A DNA stretch of 64,000 nucleotides from the human T2T-CHM13v2.0 reference genome, Homo sapiens. Under the pieces are notes generated by a model, which did not search any database, was not told the DNA's origin, and worked only from the letters and a program-made list of their open reading frames with translations. Of this stretch, positions 14,475 through 28,050 are shown piece by piece. Location of the stretch: the NCBI RefSeq assembly GCF_009914755.1, contig NC_060935.1. One strand, written 5' to 3'. How positions within the stretch are numbered: the first letter of the stretch is position 1; every line of letters starts with the position of its first letter. A program made the position numbers and the translations under genes.

Positions 14475-17400
14475 TAGGTTAAAAAGTATCTTGTCTCAAG
14501 TCTGTTTCTGTCAATCCTCAGGAGTCCTTATAGCAAGGAAGTATAATAAGATTTGGGAAAATCTTATTAATGATCATCTTGAAAAATATAAAAGGGTAAC
14601 TATGTCTTGTGTGTGGCTCTCAATCAAAAACTAAAGCAAAGGTAGTTTTCACATTTGATGTAACAGAAAAAGGTTGTTTCTGAGGAAGAGACAATATGTT
14701 TTCTGCTAATAAACTCCAGGGTGGCTTTGTGGCTGTCTTGATTAATCGGTGACGATGAAATAACCAGTGCTCAGGGATACATGAGACAGCAAAGGATTGT
14801 AAGTGACAATTTGCTGTTAAAATTCATCAGCCCCTGCAAAGTACCTTGATTAATAAAGTCACTGTGCCTGTCTCCACACTAAGGAGGGGGCCCCTATAGA
14901 AGAAAGGGAAAACAAATTTGCAAGGATGGTCTCGCTAAAGAGGTTCAGCACCCGTTTGCATTTAATCTCTCTGCTCTTGCATTAGTCAAGTACCTTCTCC
15001 CTCTCAATTGTTCACTAGTGCTGCCATTAATCACAGCCCACTGTAAAGGAAAGTAGGGAGGAGGTAGGGGAGACAGAAGTCTCCTTCTTGGCTTGTAGCT
15101 GGGGAGAATGATTGGTAGGCAGGGGACCCAGGAGGGGAACTGCTGGGTTATGACCAACCACAGGAACTTAAAATAGGGTTTGCAGAATTGAGCCTCAGCA
15201 GGCCACAGCTGGACGCTCTTCTGCCTGCCACAGCCACTATGAAGGTTCTTGGTGCAACATCGCCATCTACAGCTAACTGTAAGAACTTCTTTGAGGGAGT
15301 TGCTGAGCTCGGGAAACTGCCCTGAAATGAGATCAAGGTAACCCCAGAGGTTTTGCACTAGCCAGGGAAGTAGGACAACATTGGTTTTCGTGGCACAGGG
15401 CTACCTTCCTTGGTGTTTGGACCTACAGCTTGTTATCCTGCATGATGTTAAGCTAGTGCCAACGTAAGAATATCACGAATAATGGATTCCCATGAGATTT
15501 CATGAATGACCCATTTGTCCCTAGAGAAAACAAAACAAAACAAAAACAACAGCTTACCCAAGCTTAGAAGTCTACCCAGTCAGAGAAGTCTGCTGCACTG
15601 CATTAGACCTTTCTTTGAAAACGGTCTTTAAGGGTTTCTAAGAGCAGTTTTTTCTAAAATCAGTGATAAAATATTTCTAAACTCAATATAAGGAAAACTG
15701 TTTTAATGTCATATGGTTATATTTTTCAAGCACATTTTCCAAGTTGCTTTCTGATACATGAAGAATGAGAACCCAGTATTTGTACAACTCAAAACTCTAA
15801 TATGTCAGAAATGGAAGGGTCTGTTGGGAGTGTCTATACTTCAATGTTTCTGCAGTGCCCTAGGAGTTTACAAATATGATCTCATTTAATACACACAAAA
15901 ACCTGTGTATGTGCTGGTATCCCCATTGCATAGATGAGACTAATTCAGAGGAGAGGCCTTAAAGAATATCTAAGCAGATCTCTCAAGGTCCTACAGCCAC
16001 AAAGTAGCCTCAACCTTTTGTTCTCCCAGTGAACATAACTAACTGCCCTCCCAGTCTCCATGAACCCTACCATTCCTCTATGAGGACAATGGGTTCAGTT
16101 CACCAGTAGAGGATATCATCTCAGCTCTGCTAATGTGAGCTGTGTGACTTTGAACAGGTCGCTTGATCTCTCTGAGACTTCTTTTTTTTCATCTGTACAT
16201 TGACGAGATTGGATGAAAGAAAACAGTTTTGGGATGCCTGAATATAGATTGAAAACAAAGAAATACATTGAAGCTGGAGGTCTCTTAGGTCACAAATTGT
16301 AAGTGGCTCAGTTGCTGAATGAAATTCAAGTCAACTGGACTATTCTACTCTTGATGACAGTACGAGGCTGGTCATTAATGGACTTAGCCCCTCACCTGAT
16401 TCATTTCTCTGCTTTGCTATGGGCAGGAGTCCAATAATTGACAGATTGAAGTGTTTTTACACCCTTGCCTTTAACATGCAGTAGAGGAGAGAGCTTGGGT
16501 TTTGAATTTGATATAGTAAAGAGCCTGTCTGCCTTTCTACCTCACTGGCATTCAAAGAATACTACCCCACATGAGTGCACATTGTCAACACATAGCCCAT
16601 TCCTAAGAAGGTTATGCATCAGGACCAGGATACGAGGAACAACTACTCCCTGGAAACGTTTAAGCAAAGAAAAAAAGTATATTCCAGGAATATTAAATAC
16701 GATTTTTTTACAGTCTTTTAATAAAGCCACCTTGGAATAGGACATGGTTGACAGCATTTCCCCAGACGGGGTGTTAAATATAGCATTCAAACCAGAAAAT
16801 TACTCATTGATTTGCCCTGTGAAAAGATAAATGTCTATTCAACTGTGTTCTATCCCAGTGCAGACCTTATTGTTTTTTAGCAAAACAGTCTGAGTGAGTC
16901 TCCCTAATGAGGCAACACAGCATGAAAACGCTGCAAGCACATGGCACAGGACAGGACGAGAGCCCTTGCCAACCAAATGCAATACCCCAGAAGGCTGCCC
17001 ACAGCTCCCGGAAGCAGGGTATGCATGCCAGCTCAACAAGGTGGCCCCACTACTCCAGACAACAAAAGAACAACAGCAGATACACTACCCTGGAGCAAAT
17101 ACACATGATAAATGAAAACTTGGTCTCAGGAGGGAGCAGAGATAAAAGCTTACAATTCACTGCCCCAAGAGCCTCTGAAATCACTACTGTTTTGGCTTTG
17201 GCTTAAAGACAGTTTTCATAATGACAGGTGACTGCCATCTGTAAGACCCTGCCAGACCGCATATGCCTAATAATGCTCTCTCATTTTATCCAGTGTTTTA
17301 CAGCTCACATAGGGATACTGTGTGTCCAAGCTCATTTGATTCTCTTAACAACCCTATTAAACAGGTGGTAGAGGTACCCACTGCCCTGGCTGCATTTTTT

Positions 17401-18010
17401 TTTTCAGAGAGATGCTGTCAAGTATTATTATATCTTACATCTATTTATTCACTCAACAAGCATATATGGAGAGCCCACTCTGTTCTAGGCACTGGGAGGA
17501 GGTGGAGAAGCACAGAGAAGTAAGGGAGAAAGCAGAGGTGGGTCTAATACGGTCTACATGACAATGCTTTCAAGGAACTCCTAAATCTCAGGGGGATGCA
17601 GAGGGACTAACAGATAACTCTAACTCAGTATGGACAGAGCAGAGAAGGGGGGCGTTTCACAATTCCTAGGGGAATTGCAGAGGAGTGGTGACTTGACTTA
17701 TAGGAGTTTCCTGAATTGCAAGAGGACTTATTTAACTTTACAATTCATTCTGATTCTTAAAAAAAAAATCGAAGAGTGATGCAATGATATGCACTTTGGG
17801 GTCATAGATCAGCTGACAACATTATGAGATATTTTATTATTGATTATTTTCCTGCGACTAACAACAAAACCACTAGGTAAGACAAGCAAGCTCTTTGCCT
17901 TTCTTTTACTGAAGCTCACAACAGTTGAATAGCTTGTTCCAGGTAACAGATCAGGAATTCGAATTTACTAGGAAATTGCTCCATACTGAGTTCTAATCTG
18001 CATTCTACTC

Positions 18011-18185
18011 CAGTGCCTCTCAAATTTAATGACTATACAAACCTCTTAGGGATTTTGCTAAATTACAGATTCGGGTTCAGAAAGCCCAAAGTGGGGGCTG
18101 GAATTCAGCATTTCTAACAAGCAGCCAAGTGATACAAATGCCGTTGGTGCATTTGTATCACTTGGCTCACTTTGACTAGCAAGGG
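18011..18185. mobile_element. MER5A/B MITE containing a perfect 19-bp inverted repeat
   Basis: CTCAAATTTAATG...CAGATTC...GCATTTCTAACAAG...CACTTTGACTAGCAAGG. Confidence 0.75.
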
Positions 18186-21100
18186 TCCAGAGTGATGCCC
18201 TGGCCCTAAAAGTGGCTATTATCAAAAAGGGAGTAAAAGTCCGAGTACATGAATTCTAGCAATGGTGAATAGGTTTTGCAGAAATTAGGACAGAAAAAGG
18301 AGAAAATTAGGGGAAAACAATCTTGAAATTTAAGGACAGGCCAAAGGTTTTGAAGACCTAATACACCTGAAGGCCCTTAGACAAGGTCCAGCACTGTGGT
18401 GCCAAACCTGGAGTTCTCAAATCTCCAAGGTTCCAAGAAATCATCAGTGAGGATCCTTGAACTATTTTATATATTCAAAAAATAGCTATTTGAAATTGAA
18501 TATTTACATAAACAAGGCCTCTTTTGTTAATGAAAACAAGGACTCATTAACCAGATTTACTACTGCTTTGTCTTTCTATTGTAGGCCTAATACTTATTAT
18601 TATTATATATATACACATCTTTGATTAATTAAAAATAAGAAAACAAGAAAATAAGAAAACAAATTAGGTATTAATAAATTGCAGTTCAAGTAATCGAGGG
18701 AGACTAAAAGAAGGAATCCTTGGTAGGAAAAATGTTGAGAAATAATTCAAACCCCCTATTTTATGAGTTTTTAAAATTTTATTGTTTTGTCTTTGGGCTT
18801 TTTGTTGTTGCTGCATTGGTTTTGCATTAGCTTGTACCCATAAATATTAAGTAACTAAGCAAAGGTTTAAAAGTGAGATAATAGAAGAACCAGAAACAGA
18901 TCCCAAATGTTCTAACTCGAAGCGATTAATAGTTGCCATTTACAAACAACCTATTATGTGCCAAGCACCTGCATTACTTATCACATTAAATCATCAAAAA
19001 AAAAAACTAAAAAGAAAGTAATTTTGTATTTATTTTACAGACCAAGAATCTGAGCCCCAGAAACATGCAGTAACCTGCCCAGAAAAATACTCAGCAAGTA
19101 AAATGCTTATTCAGCAATGGATCTAAAGTCTGAGCCCCAAAGCCTATCCTTGTAATCAAAATCCAAGTTTTAATTCTCTCAAGTTGCTGTTAGATTCCAG
19201 GATCCTCATATTGTGTATTTGACCACTGAGAAGAAATTGCTGGTTTATTTATTTCATCTAGACTCTTTCCAAAAATGCCTCTAGACTAGAGAAAATGTAA
19301 TTAAACAGCCCCAATATTCCCCTCAGCAGCCTACCAGCCTTTTGCCATTTCTCTTAAAGACTCTGAAACTTGCACTCCCTGAGACACACAGAGGAGAGGC
19401 ATTAATCTTGGAATGGATGAATGCAAGCCAGATCCTCTCCCTTTTGCCCTAAGAGTGCAGCAGAACAAACACAATTTTAGGAATCCAGTAAATTCAGATG
19501 TAAATCCAACTCCCCATGTACTGACTTGTGATCATTGACCATTCACTGACACCTCTGAATCATTTTTATTATCTGATAAAAGAAAGACAATACTGCATTT
19601 TTCATTGGATGGTGGTGAGGATTACATAAACTTAAGTGAGTAAGGCCCCTAGCACAGGTCAAGTACCAGAAAAATACGTCAGTAGCCCCTATCAGATCGG
19701 GTGATTACTACCCTGGAAAACATAATTTGCTTTTGGCTTGTCTCAGCCAAATCATGGGCTTCAGACAGAAGTCATCCTCCTCGTTCTAAATAATTCAAAA
19801 TGAAAAGCCTGAGCGTTTGTTTCCCTGACCTTATTTCAAGGATATTCTGAAATGCTGAAGCTGGGTGACCATACATAAATGAAAGCATTCATTCTGAAAA
19901 TAAATGTGACTTTGCAAAGACCACTAATGTGGTCAGAGCAGAACTGGTGTGGCCAACTAAAGGGTGACCTCCATTTCTCAGAAAGTATCAGAGTGGATTA
20001 TCCTAATTTGGACTTCATCTTTCATCTCTTTTCAGGAGAGTGAGAAGGAGAGTCTGGTGAAGTCATTCCTTTTTGCCCAATCATGTTTTGCTTACCTCAC
20101 TCACTCCAGGGAAAACAAACAAACAAATAAAAACATCAGTTTTCTTAGCCAGATCACACTTCAAATAAAGAAAGTATGAAGAAGGGAACAGTACTTATAG
20201 TTCCAAATTGGTCATACCATGTCATCGTGGAGGTGTAATGACCTCCATAGAATACATCTATTGGTGTAATCTAATGCAAAAAACGAATGGGTGAAAAACT
20301 AATATTTGTAAATGAGTGATAAAATGGTAGACAGTGAAACAAAGGAATGTAACCCTTTCTTTAATAACAGAGAACAATGGTTTTGTTCAGGAAACTAAGA
20401 AAGAAAAGAAAAGCAGATCTGGGGGAGGGAAGAAACACAACTTTAATTTTTAAAGACTCGGTGCTCAGTGAAACCAATTGATGCTTTTGATTCCTTTACT
20501 CTATTCAGATTCTCCTTGCACAGCCAACATCAGACCTCCCATACTCAAACAGACTGACAAATACTGATTTTTAACTCCACCAGTGAGGGGCTTCTTATTC
20601 TGCTCCCAGAGAACACATGTGTGAAATGAGTTTTGCAAGTTGACTCAAGTCAGTCCCAGCTGGGTCCTTTCCCCTGCTGAAAAGGCAGGCCCAAAGAGGC
20701 ATCCTGGCTTCCAGCGAAAAGTGATCTGCCATCCAGCGCAGCTATGGCTCTCTGGGAAGCCAGTGCATTTTCTAAGACTTAGGTTGCTCTGCAGAGTCAG
20801 AAAAAGACCTAAAGAACCAGGCCTGAGTAGAAAGATATTTGAATTTGAAGAGGATGAACCATGGGGAAATTAAGATTTTCTTCTCAATGTTGTGAAGAAC
20901 TGGCAAGTCCACCGTGACTTGACTTGGCTCACTTCTCAGCCTCATGACAGCACTTATACTTGGAGCTCTAGCCAAATCAATTACTCACAGGTCTTGAACA
21001 AGCCATGATCTCCCTCATCCTCCAGGCTTGCTTAAAGATGGCATCCTCAAAATACATTTCCTTACAGCAGCATTTGCTTATCCCATTGTATCATAAATAC

Positions 21101-22779
21101 CTGTTAACTTACTAGCATTCTCCATTATTTAGCGAGTTATTTGAATGTGATGTACTATAACTTTTCCACTCTTGTGCCTTTAGAATCTAATAATAGGCAT
21201 ACATTAATGTTTCTGATGGATAATAAGTGCATAAATAAAGGAATGAAAAAAGGCAAAAGACCATTTCCAGCCTTGTCTATCATTAGTAAGCTATTGTAAA
21301 CATATAAATGTAAGCTATACCATTTAATGAGTTTAAACTTTGTGTTAGTAACAAGCTAAGTGCTTTATACAGTATGCCTTTTCATCTTCACACTACCATT
21401 GTGAGAAAGTAAGAATTATTATCCCCATTTAAGCAGAAAAAATAATAATTGGAGGCTCAGGAAATTAAGAAAATTATACTTATAAGTCTACACATTTAGA
21501 AAGTAACAGAATCGAGATTTGCAACACGATGTGCTGTCTCCCTGTGATGCTCAAGATTTGAACAAATCTTGGGAATTCTCAGGTACTGGGTGTTTAGATT
21601 ACTCTATTGGAGCCATTCATTATACCATTCATTATATTAATAGTGAATACTCACCTATTTTTGCATCCATTCTGTAAATATTTATTTATAATCTACTTTC
21701 AACCAGACTCTGTACTAGGCTTTGGGGGATACAAAAAATGAATAACACTCCTTATTTTCAAACTGCTTGCAGTTTAACTGGAAAGATGATAACCCAGAGA
21801 GCTGCAATATAAGTTAAGCCCCTCAAGATCTATGTGATGTAATAGAAATTTAAAGAGAAAATTATCACCAATATAGCCTAAAACAGCCATTTAGTCTCTT
21901 TTCATCCATCAAATAGCAATCCACTCCCTCCAGCAGCAGCAAGAAGTACCCCATCTATTATTTTATCACTTAAAAATGTATTTTGATCATGGTACTACCT
22001 GCTCAAAAACAATCAGTGACTACTCATTGTCAAGCAAAAAACTCTAAACTTCTTATTAACATGCTATCACTTGTTCCCACGTGCGTTTCCAGAGTTATCC
22101 TCTATATTGCTTCTGAAAGTCCTCACTGATTGTCCACACCATTTTCTAGATATATCCTCTGCATCTTTGTTCCAGCTACTTTCACTGGGGTTAGATTTAT
22201 TCTTTCTATTTAGGCTTTCCTGCTAACTATAGTCTTTCTTTTCCTGGACACTTCTAAAACATTTTGCTTCTTATAGGTATCTCCTTTCTTGTACAGCTTT
22301 GTCAGAAAATATTGAATTATCCTTGGTTGGAATTAACCATTTATATGTCAGACTTCTGCTCTAATCTATGAACATCTTAATAGCCACAGTTTCTTGTTTA
22401 TCTGTATATCCTCTGTGTTTAACATAATGGCATATGCTGCATACCCAGTAAATGACTGCAAAAATGAGCAGACTGAGCAGTCTTGTGTAACATTCACTTG
22501 TTCAAACATCCTATCTCCCATTTCATTTGTAAGATTTGTGAAGGCTGAGACTATATATATTTGTGTCTTTTATGTTCACCTCACCATAGTTTCCAGAACA
22601 TCCTTGTATATAGTAAGTACCAAGTAAATATTTGTTAATGAGTGAAAAAATAATTCTCATGGTAGGAGTGCTTTTGTGGATTGTATTCATTGGGGCACTT
22701 CTTGTCCCTAGAAACAATAGATGCTCAACAAGTGTTTGTTAATTAAATGGATAGCTATTCCCAAATACTTAGCCAGGAA

Positions 22780-23224
22780 ATATAATGGACATACTGTTTT
22801 GCCCCTTCTGCCCTGCTTTTCTGACAGTTTCTCCACTTCCCATGTGGTAACTACAGAAGTAGCCAATTTCTAAAATGTGTGACTTTTTCCCAGGTGGAGT
22901 TGATGGGTCCTTAAACCAGAGGAGACACCATAATCAAACTGCTAATCATAGTAGCTCTTCCTTAAAATTTTTGGACTTGGGACACTAGAATAAATTAGGC
23001 TAGAGCTGTTAGATAAAGAAATTAAATATAGAGGGAGTCATGATGATCCCAAAGTCTTCAAATACAATTGTTCCTTAGGTTCAGTTCTTTCCTCAGAGCC
23101 TGTTCTTTCTATGATGTAGTTGTGCTGTATGACATTTGGGCAAGCATCCAATGCATCTCTTTTTTTTAAACTTATTCAAGATAGATTTTTGTCACTTGCT
23201 TCCAAAACAACCTTAATGATTGCA
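22780..23224 (+). mobile_element. Old MLT1-type MaLR LTR
   Basis: Degenerate MLT1 3' end TTTTGTCACTTGC..CCAAAACAACCTTAATGATTGCA. Confidence 0.5.
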
Positions 23225-23332
23225 GAGACCATTCTGATAAAAGATTCAGGTGATGATAGAGCCTGGAAAAAACAAGAATAAGTAGCACTAAATTCCACAA
23301 GAGAGCTATAGATATTTATTTAGGAATTTTCC

Positions 23333-23441
23333 TTTTTTTTTTTTTTTTTTTTTTGAGACAGAGTCTCTCTCTGTCGCCCAGGGTGGGGTGCAGTGGCGCG
23401 GTCTCAGTTCTCTGCAAGCTCCGCATCCTGGGTTCGCACCA
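23333..23441 (-). mobile_element. AluY-like right-arm fragment with long tail
   Basis: Long T tract, then GAGACAGAGTCTC...CTGCAAGCTCCGC..GGGTTCGCACCA. Truncated, no TSD visible. Confidence 0.9.
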
Positions 23442-23677
23442 AAGGCAAGCTATAAAGACTCAAACAATAAGGAAATCCATTGACAGGCTGTCTGACCAAA
23501 TAAGAAACTACATGCCAGTTTCATAAGAAATCACTAGAAAATAAGGAAAGGAGAGCAGGCCAGTCATACCAATGGTATTCAAATGAGCAATAACAAGTAG
23601 GTCAACTGGATTTAAAGTGGAATAGAATAGGGCAGAGATCAACACTAGGAACTTAGATAAGAGCACAAAGAAATAAT

Positions 23678-23763
23678 TTCCTTCCTTCCTTCCTTTCTTC
23701 CTTCCTTCCTTCCTTCATTCCCTCCCTCCCTCCCTCCCTCTTCTTCCTTTCTCCTATCCTTCA

Positions 23764-23796
<33 letters not shown>

Positions 23797-23826
23797 ATAT
23801 ATATATGCATATATATGTATGTGTAT
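23678..23826. repeat. (CCTT)n/(CCCT)n polypyrimidine tract followed by (TG)n(TA)n
   Basis: Seen directly. Confidence 0.95.
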
Positions 23827-23839
23827 AATCTATCATGAT

Positions 23840-24900
23840 AAATGTATATAAAATCTATCATATCCCAGGCATACTAATGCTAAAGTTATGAAGAATAAAG
23901 ACTGTCTCCTTTGCACAGGAATCTTCCTAATGTTAGAGAGATGACAGTCTGTTGTGAGAGGTAGAGTACATTGTGATAGGTACTAGGTACTATGGCTCAA
24001 AATTGCATTATGAGAAGATAGGTTAGTGGAACCAAGCCAGTGAGGAGGTTCTGTAGAATGTTTCACTGACAATGTAATGCTTGAGAAGTCCTCAAAGATG
24101 AGTAGCATTGTTATAGGATTTATGCAATAAATTAAAGGATGATTTAATATTAGAAAATTTATCAGTGAAATCCACCAATTAATAACCTCATGGAAAAGTC
24201 ACAGTTTTGTATTAATAGACATAGAAATGGCATTATTAATGTCCAATACCTATCTATGCATGGTAAGAATTTCAAGAAAAGTAGTAACAGAAGGGAACTT
24301 CCTCAACCTGATAAAGGGTGTATACCCAAACCCACAAGCCACTAATCTTTATAAGTAGACATATTACGTACATTCTTTTCAAGATCAGAAATCAATTAGG
24401 GATGCTTGACCAGGCACTTCTGTTCATCACAGTGTGTCCTGGAAACAGTAGTAGGGAAATGGGCTCATTATATGCAGCAAAATAAAGCTAAAAAAAAAAA
24501 AAAACAAAGATGAGTAGTATTTACTTGTGCTGAGGAGAGCGCTGCAGGTAGGGGAGGGCATTATAAGAAGAGGTAACAGTGTCTACAAAGTCATGGCGAC
24601 TGGATAGAGTGCAACGTATGCAGAAGAGGTGAAAATTCTCTCAAGCTTATGTTTTAGAGGATAGATAGACAAGTAAATCAATTATTGCAATGTTAAGTCC
24701 TTTGACAGAAACAAGCATATGTTGCTGTTGAAGACAGAGAAAGGAAAACCTCCTTAGCCTGCTGAGGTGGTTGAGGTTATGGAGGACTTCCAGGGGTCAG
24801 GGGAGGTGACATACAAGTGACTCTTCAAATGATAAATAGGAGATATTAAAGTAAAGATAGTAAGGAAGGATTTTTCTGCAGAATGGACAGTATCTGAACA
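23840..24900 (-). mobile_element. L2 fragments (host of the 24110-24504 insertion)
   Basis: Antisense L2-like motifs on both sides of the insert. Confidence 0.55.
24110..24504 (+). pseudogene. Processed retrocopy or orphan transduction made of an ancient L1M ORF2 fragment, a polyA signal and a polyA tail
   Basis: 17-nt TSD CAAAGATGAGTAG(C/T)ATT at 24093-24109 and 24505-24521. Internal L1M RT-region motif GAAGGGAACTTCCTCAACCTGATAAAGGG. AATAAA at 24481, then A15. Confidence 0.75.
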
Positions 24901-26469
24901 GATATTAGCAAGCCTGATTCATTTACTAACCAGAGTGAACAGTACTTTCTCTCTGCTCCAAAAGCAACAGGGAGGAGAAGAGTCTAATTTTATTTGTGGC
25001 AGTAATATTGTCTTCCTAGGAAAGCTATAGTCTAAAGACAAGATAGCTGATTAATTACAGAAGCCAGAATACCAGAGTAAATGAGGTAAACAGGCAACAT
25101 GAAAGGGAGCAAATAGGAAATGACAATTGCCCATCATGTTAAGAAGCAATGGGGAGAACAGGGAGTGGCGAAGACCATGATAATGTGGAGAGTGCAGGCC
25201 TGTCCTGATATGAAGCATTCTTTAATTCCAAACAACTGTCATGTACAGACATGACCTCAAAGTTTCTAGACATTTATTATGGCCTAGCAGATTCAGATTA
25301 TGGTGTGTGTGTGCACACGTACATGAGTGTGTGTATGTGGGTGTGTAAAAAAATTCCTAATACCAATTTACCAACTTAACACTCTATGGGATGACACTGT
25401 GAATTAAACCAAACATTTCTGCAAGTCCAAGATATGCCAGAATCCTGTAACTTGTGGTTTTTGAATTAGAACTTGGACGGCAGACATGTTAAACATGTAC
25501 TTCACTAATCTGCCATGTATTTTGATTTAAACTTCATAATAAATTAGTATATGATATAATAATTTTTATTCTTTTTTTCTAAAGGAAAAGCCATAAAATG
25601 TATCTTTTCCCATTTATTTGTGTCCTTAGATCTGGCCTGGACTGAGAATTGTATCAGAATTGAACGTTAGTATCAAGTAGCATGTGGTATAACCATTTTC
25701 TATATTTTCTTAGAAAAGCTTAAAAGTTGATTTTTCCCATTCCCTTAGGTCCTGAGATCTGAGCTGGGTATTACATTAGCTACTCAAGAAATGATGGAGT
25801 CATTTAGTGTCGTCAGCCAGCAGTTAGTGCCATTATGTCTAATTACAGATCAGAGGAAATATGTAGCTGAAGAAAGTAGAGAAGAGAATGAGACAAGAGA
25901 AGAATCCTTGTTAGTGCCTTCTTCCTGCTTCATCTTTCTACATACACTCACCACTCATGCTCCCTGCTCTATCATGCACTTATTACCCACTAAATGCTAT
26001 TTATATAGCAAGGAATCTTTGTCACCACCATCGGCCTCCACGGAACACATAAATATTTCATGTTATTGTGTTAAAAATAGAGATTAAGTAGAACAAATGT
26101 TATAGCTATAAAAACTGAGGCTTAGAGAGATTAATAATACCTAGCACTTATACAATGCTTTTAGTCCTCAAGTGCCTTTATATATCTTAACTTATGTGAC
26201 GCATATAACATTTTGCATAGATGAGGCAGATACTATCATCCTTATTACGGAGATGAGAAAACTGGTGTTTTAAGCAAGTCACAGCTCCATTGCAAGCTAC
26301 ATTACCTCTGCAGGCCTCAGCTTCAACCTTGAATTAGGAAAAATAATAGAACTTATCTAACAAAGTAACTATTTTGAAATTCATAAGAGATAATTCATGA
26401 TGGTCTAATTCCTATTTTAATGAATGTAAGACCTCAGAAAAATGAGCTGTTTTGCCTCATTGTTGTTAT

Positions 26470-26882
26470 GGTGATGCGAAGTGAACACTAACTACTACCA
26501 CAGATCAATCTAGGAATCTCAGTGGCTTAACCCATTTATATAAAGTCCAGTTGGCAAGCTGAACATGGTGAGAGGCATGGAGAGAGGAAAATGGACTTTG
26601 TTCTATTGAGGGATCAAGACTCCTCTGTCAATCTCTAGGCTTTTGAGGTTCCTGGAAGGATCCTCTTTACTTGACTTACAGCTGAGGAAGGTGGGAGAGA
26701 GAATGAAGAAGAATTTTTATAGTCCAGGCCTCAGAGTGGCTTCATTTCTTCCACCTACATTCCATGAATTAGCACTCAACCACACAGTCAAACTAACTGC
26801 AAAGGAGACTGGAGAATGCAGTCTATTTCCTTAGAAAGAGTAGAGAATGGGTTTACATGAACGTAGAGCAATCTATGTCACA
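26470..26882 (-). mobile_element. MLT1K/L-type MaLR LTR
   Basis: AATCTCAGTGGCTTAA...CTAACTGCAAAGGAGACTGGAGAATGCAGTCTA motifs. Confidence 0.55.
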
Positions 26883-27959
26883 TTAAGTAACTTTCCCCAG
26901 GCCACCCAGCTGATTATTTTGAGAGCTTAAAAGCAAACAATCTGACACTGGGTCCCCAGTTCTCCCCCCTACAATTGCCTAAGGTCTTACTTTAAAACAG
27001 AAGCCAGTGGTCCTGATTTTGAATTTCAGGATCTTTTCTCCCACCCTTTGTGGCTGGCAAGATCATGTTGGTGGACTGTGAATGGCAGGGTTCTTTCCAT
27101 CAATTCGCTGTGCTATATTACAAGTGCTCTGATAGCTAGTACATTCACTAAACTAGAAACCCAACCTTTCTCTTTTCTGATGGCTGAGACAGCGGAATGG
27201 CCTTATTCCTGTGACTGCTTTATGCTTCCCCTGGGTGACAGATAGAACTGGCTATTCGTTTCTCTTAGATGAGAGCAATTTAGAGCAACAACTAATTGAA
27301 TAGGGAGTGTTTATGTGTGTGGGATTTATAGTATGAGGTCACAATGCTGCATCATTTTCCTGCATGCTGAAATTGAAGATAATTGGGCTATTTTTCAAAG
27401 CCAATGGACTGTGGTTTTACCAGGAGGCATTGGCCACATCCAGATTCTTCTTTACCTGATCTGAATCCTGGCTTAGCTATTTCCTTCACCCTTGAATAAT
27501 GTCAGGTTCCTCGCCTCTTGGGAGACGGATTTACAGTAATTCTGAGGGAAGTCTTTCTGGGATCCTCAGTGTAAACTCAAAGCATTGGCATGTCTGTGGT
27601 CCAGGCCAGAACATGTCAAGGCACAATCAAAGTGCATCTGGCCTATTGGTACCATGTTGCTATCACTTAATAGGGCCAAACCTGCAAAGCCTGCCTGAGA
27701 CATACAGCCACTTCTTCCCAGACACAAAGCCTCTGATTCCAGGAATTGCCTCTGAGGAATCTGTCATGCCAGTCCATAAGCCACTTTCTCTTTCAATCTT
27801 GGAAACTGAGAAACCACCATCTTGCATGATATATTTGGGTTTCTTTCTAATCTTGAAACTTGTTAAGGAGACTGTAGAGACTAAGCTCTAAAGGCAGACA
27901 AAACTGGTTTCATATACTGGTTTTACCTCGTAGTCACTATTTAAACGGGTTGGCTTAAA

Positions 27960-28050
27960 CCTATGAAATTCAATTCCAGCCCACCGCCTATTTTTGAAAA
28001 TAAAAGTTTATTGGAACCCAGACACATTCACTTGCCTCTGTATTTTCTAC
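27960..28050. mobile_element. MER58 hAT MITE fragment
   Basis: CCAGCCCACCGCCTATTTTTGAAAATAAAAGTTTATTGGAAC. Confidence 0.65.

Noticed and set aside
15186-15337. Possible plus-strand exon (TTTGCAG ... AAG/GTAACC)
   Set aside because: Weak polypyrimidine tract, no recognisable protein and no partner exons. A lncRNA exon cannot be excluded without RNA data.
16465-17206. Cluster of short overlapping ORFs in unique DNA
   Set aside because: No domain similarity or coding-like composition; lengths are as expected by chance.
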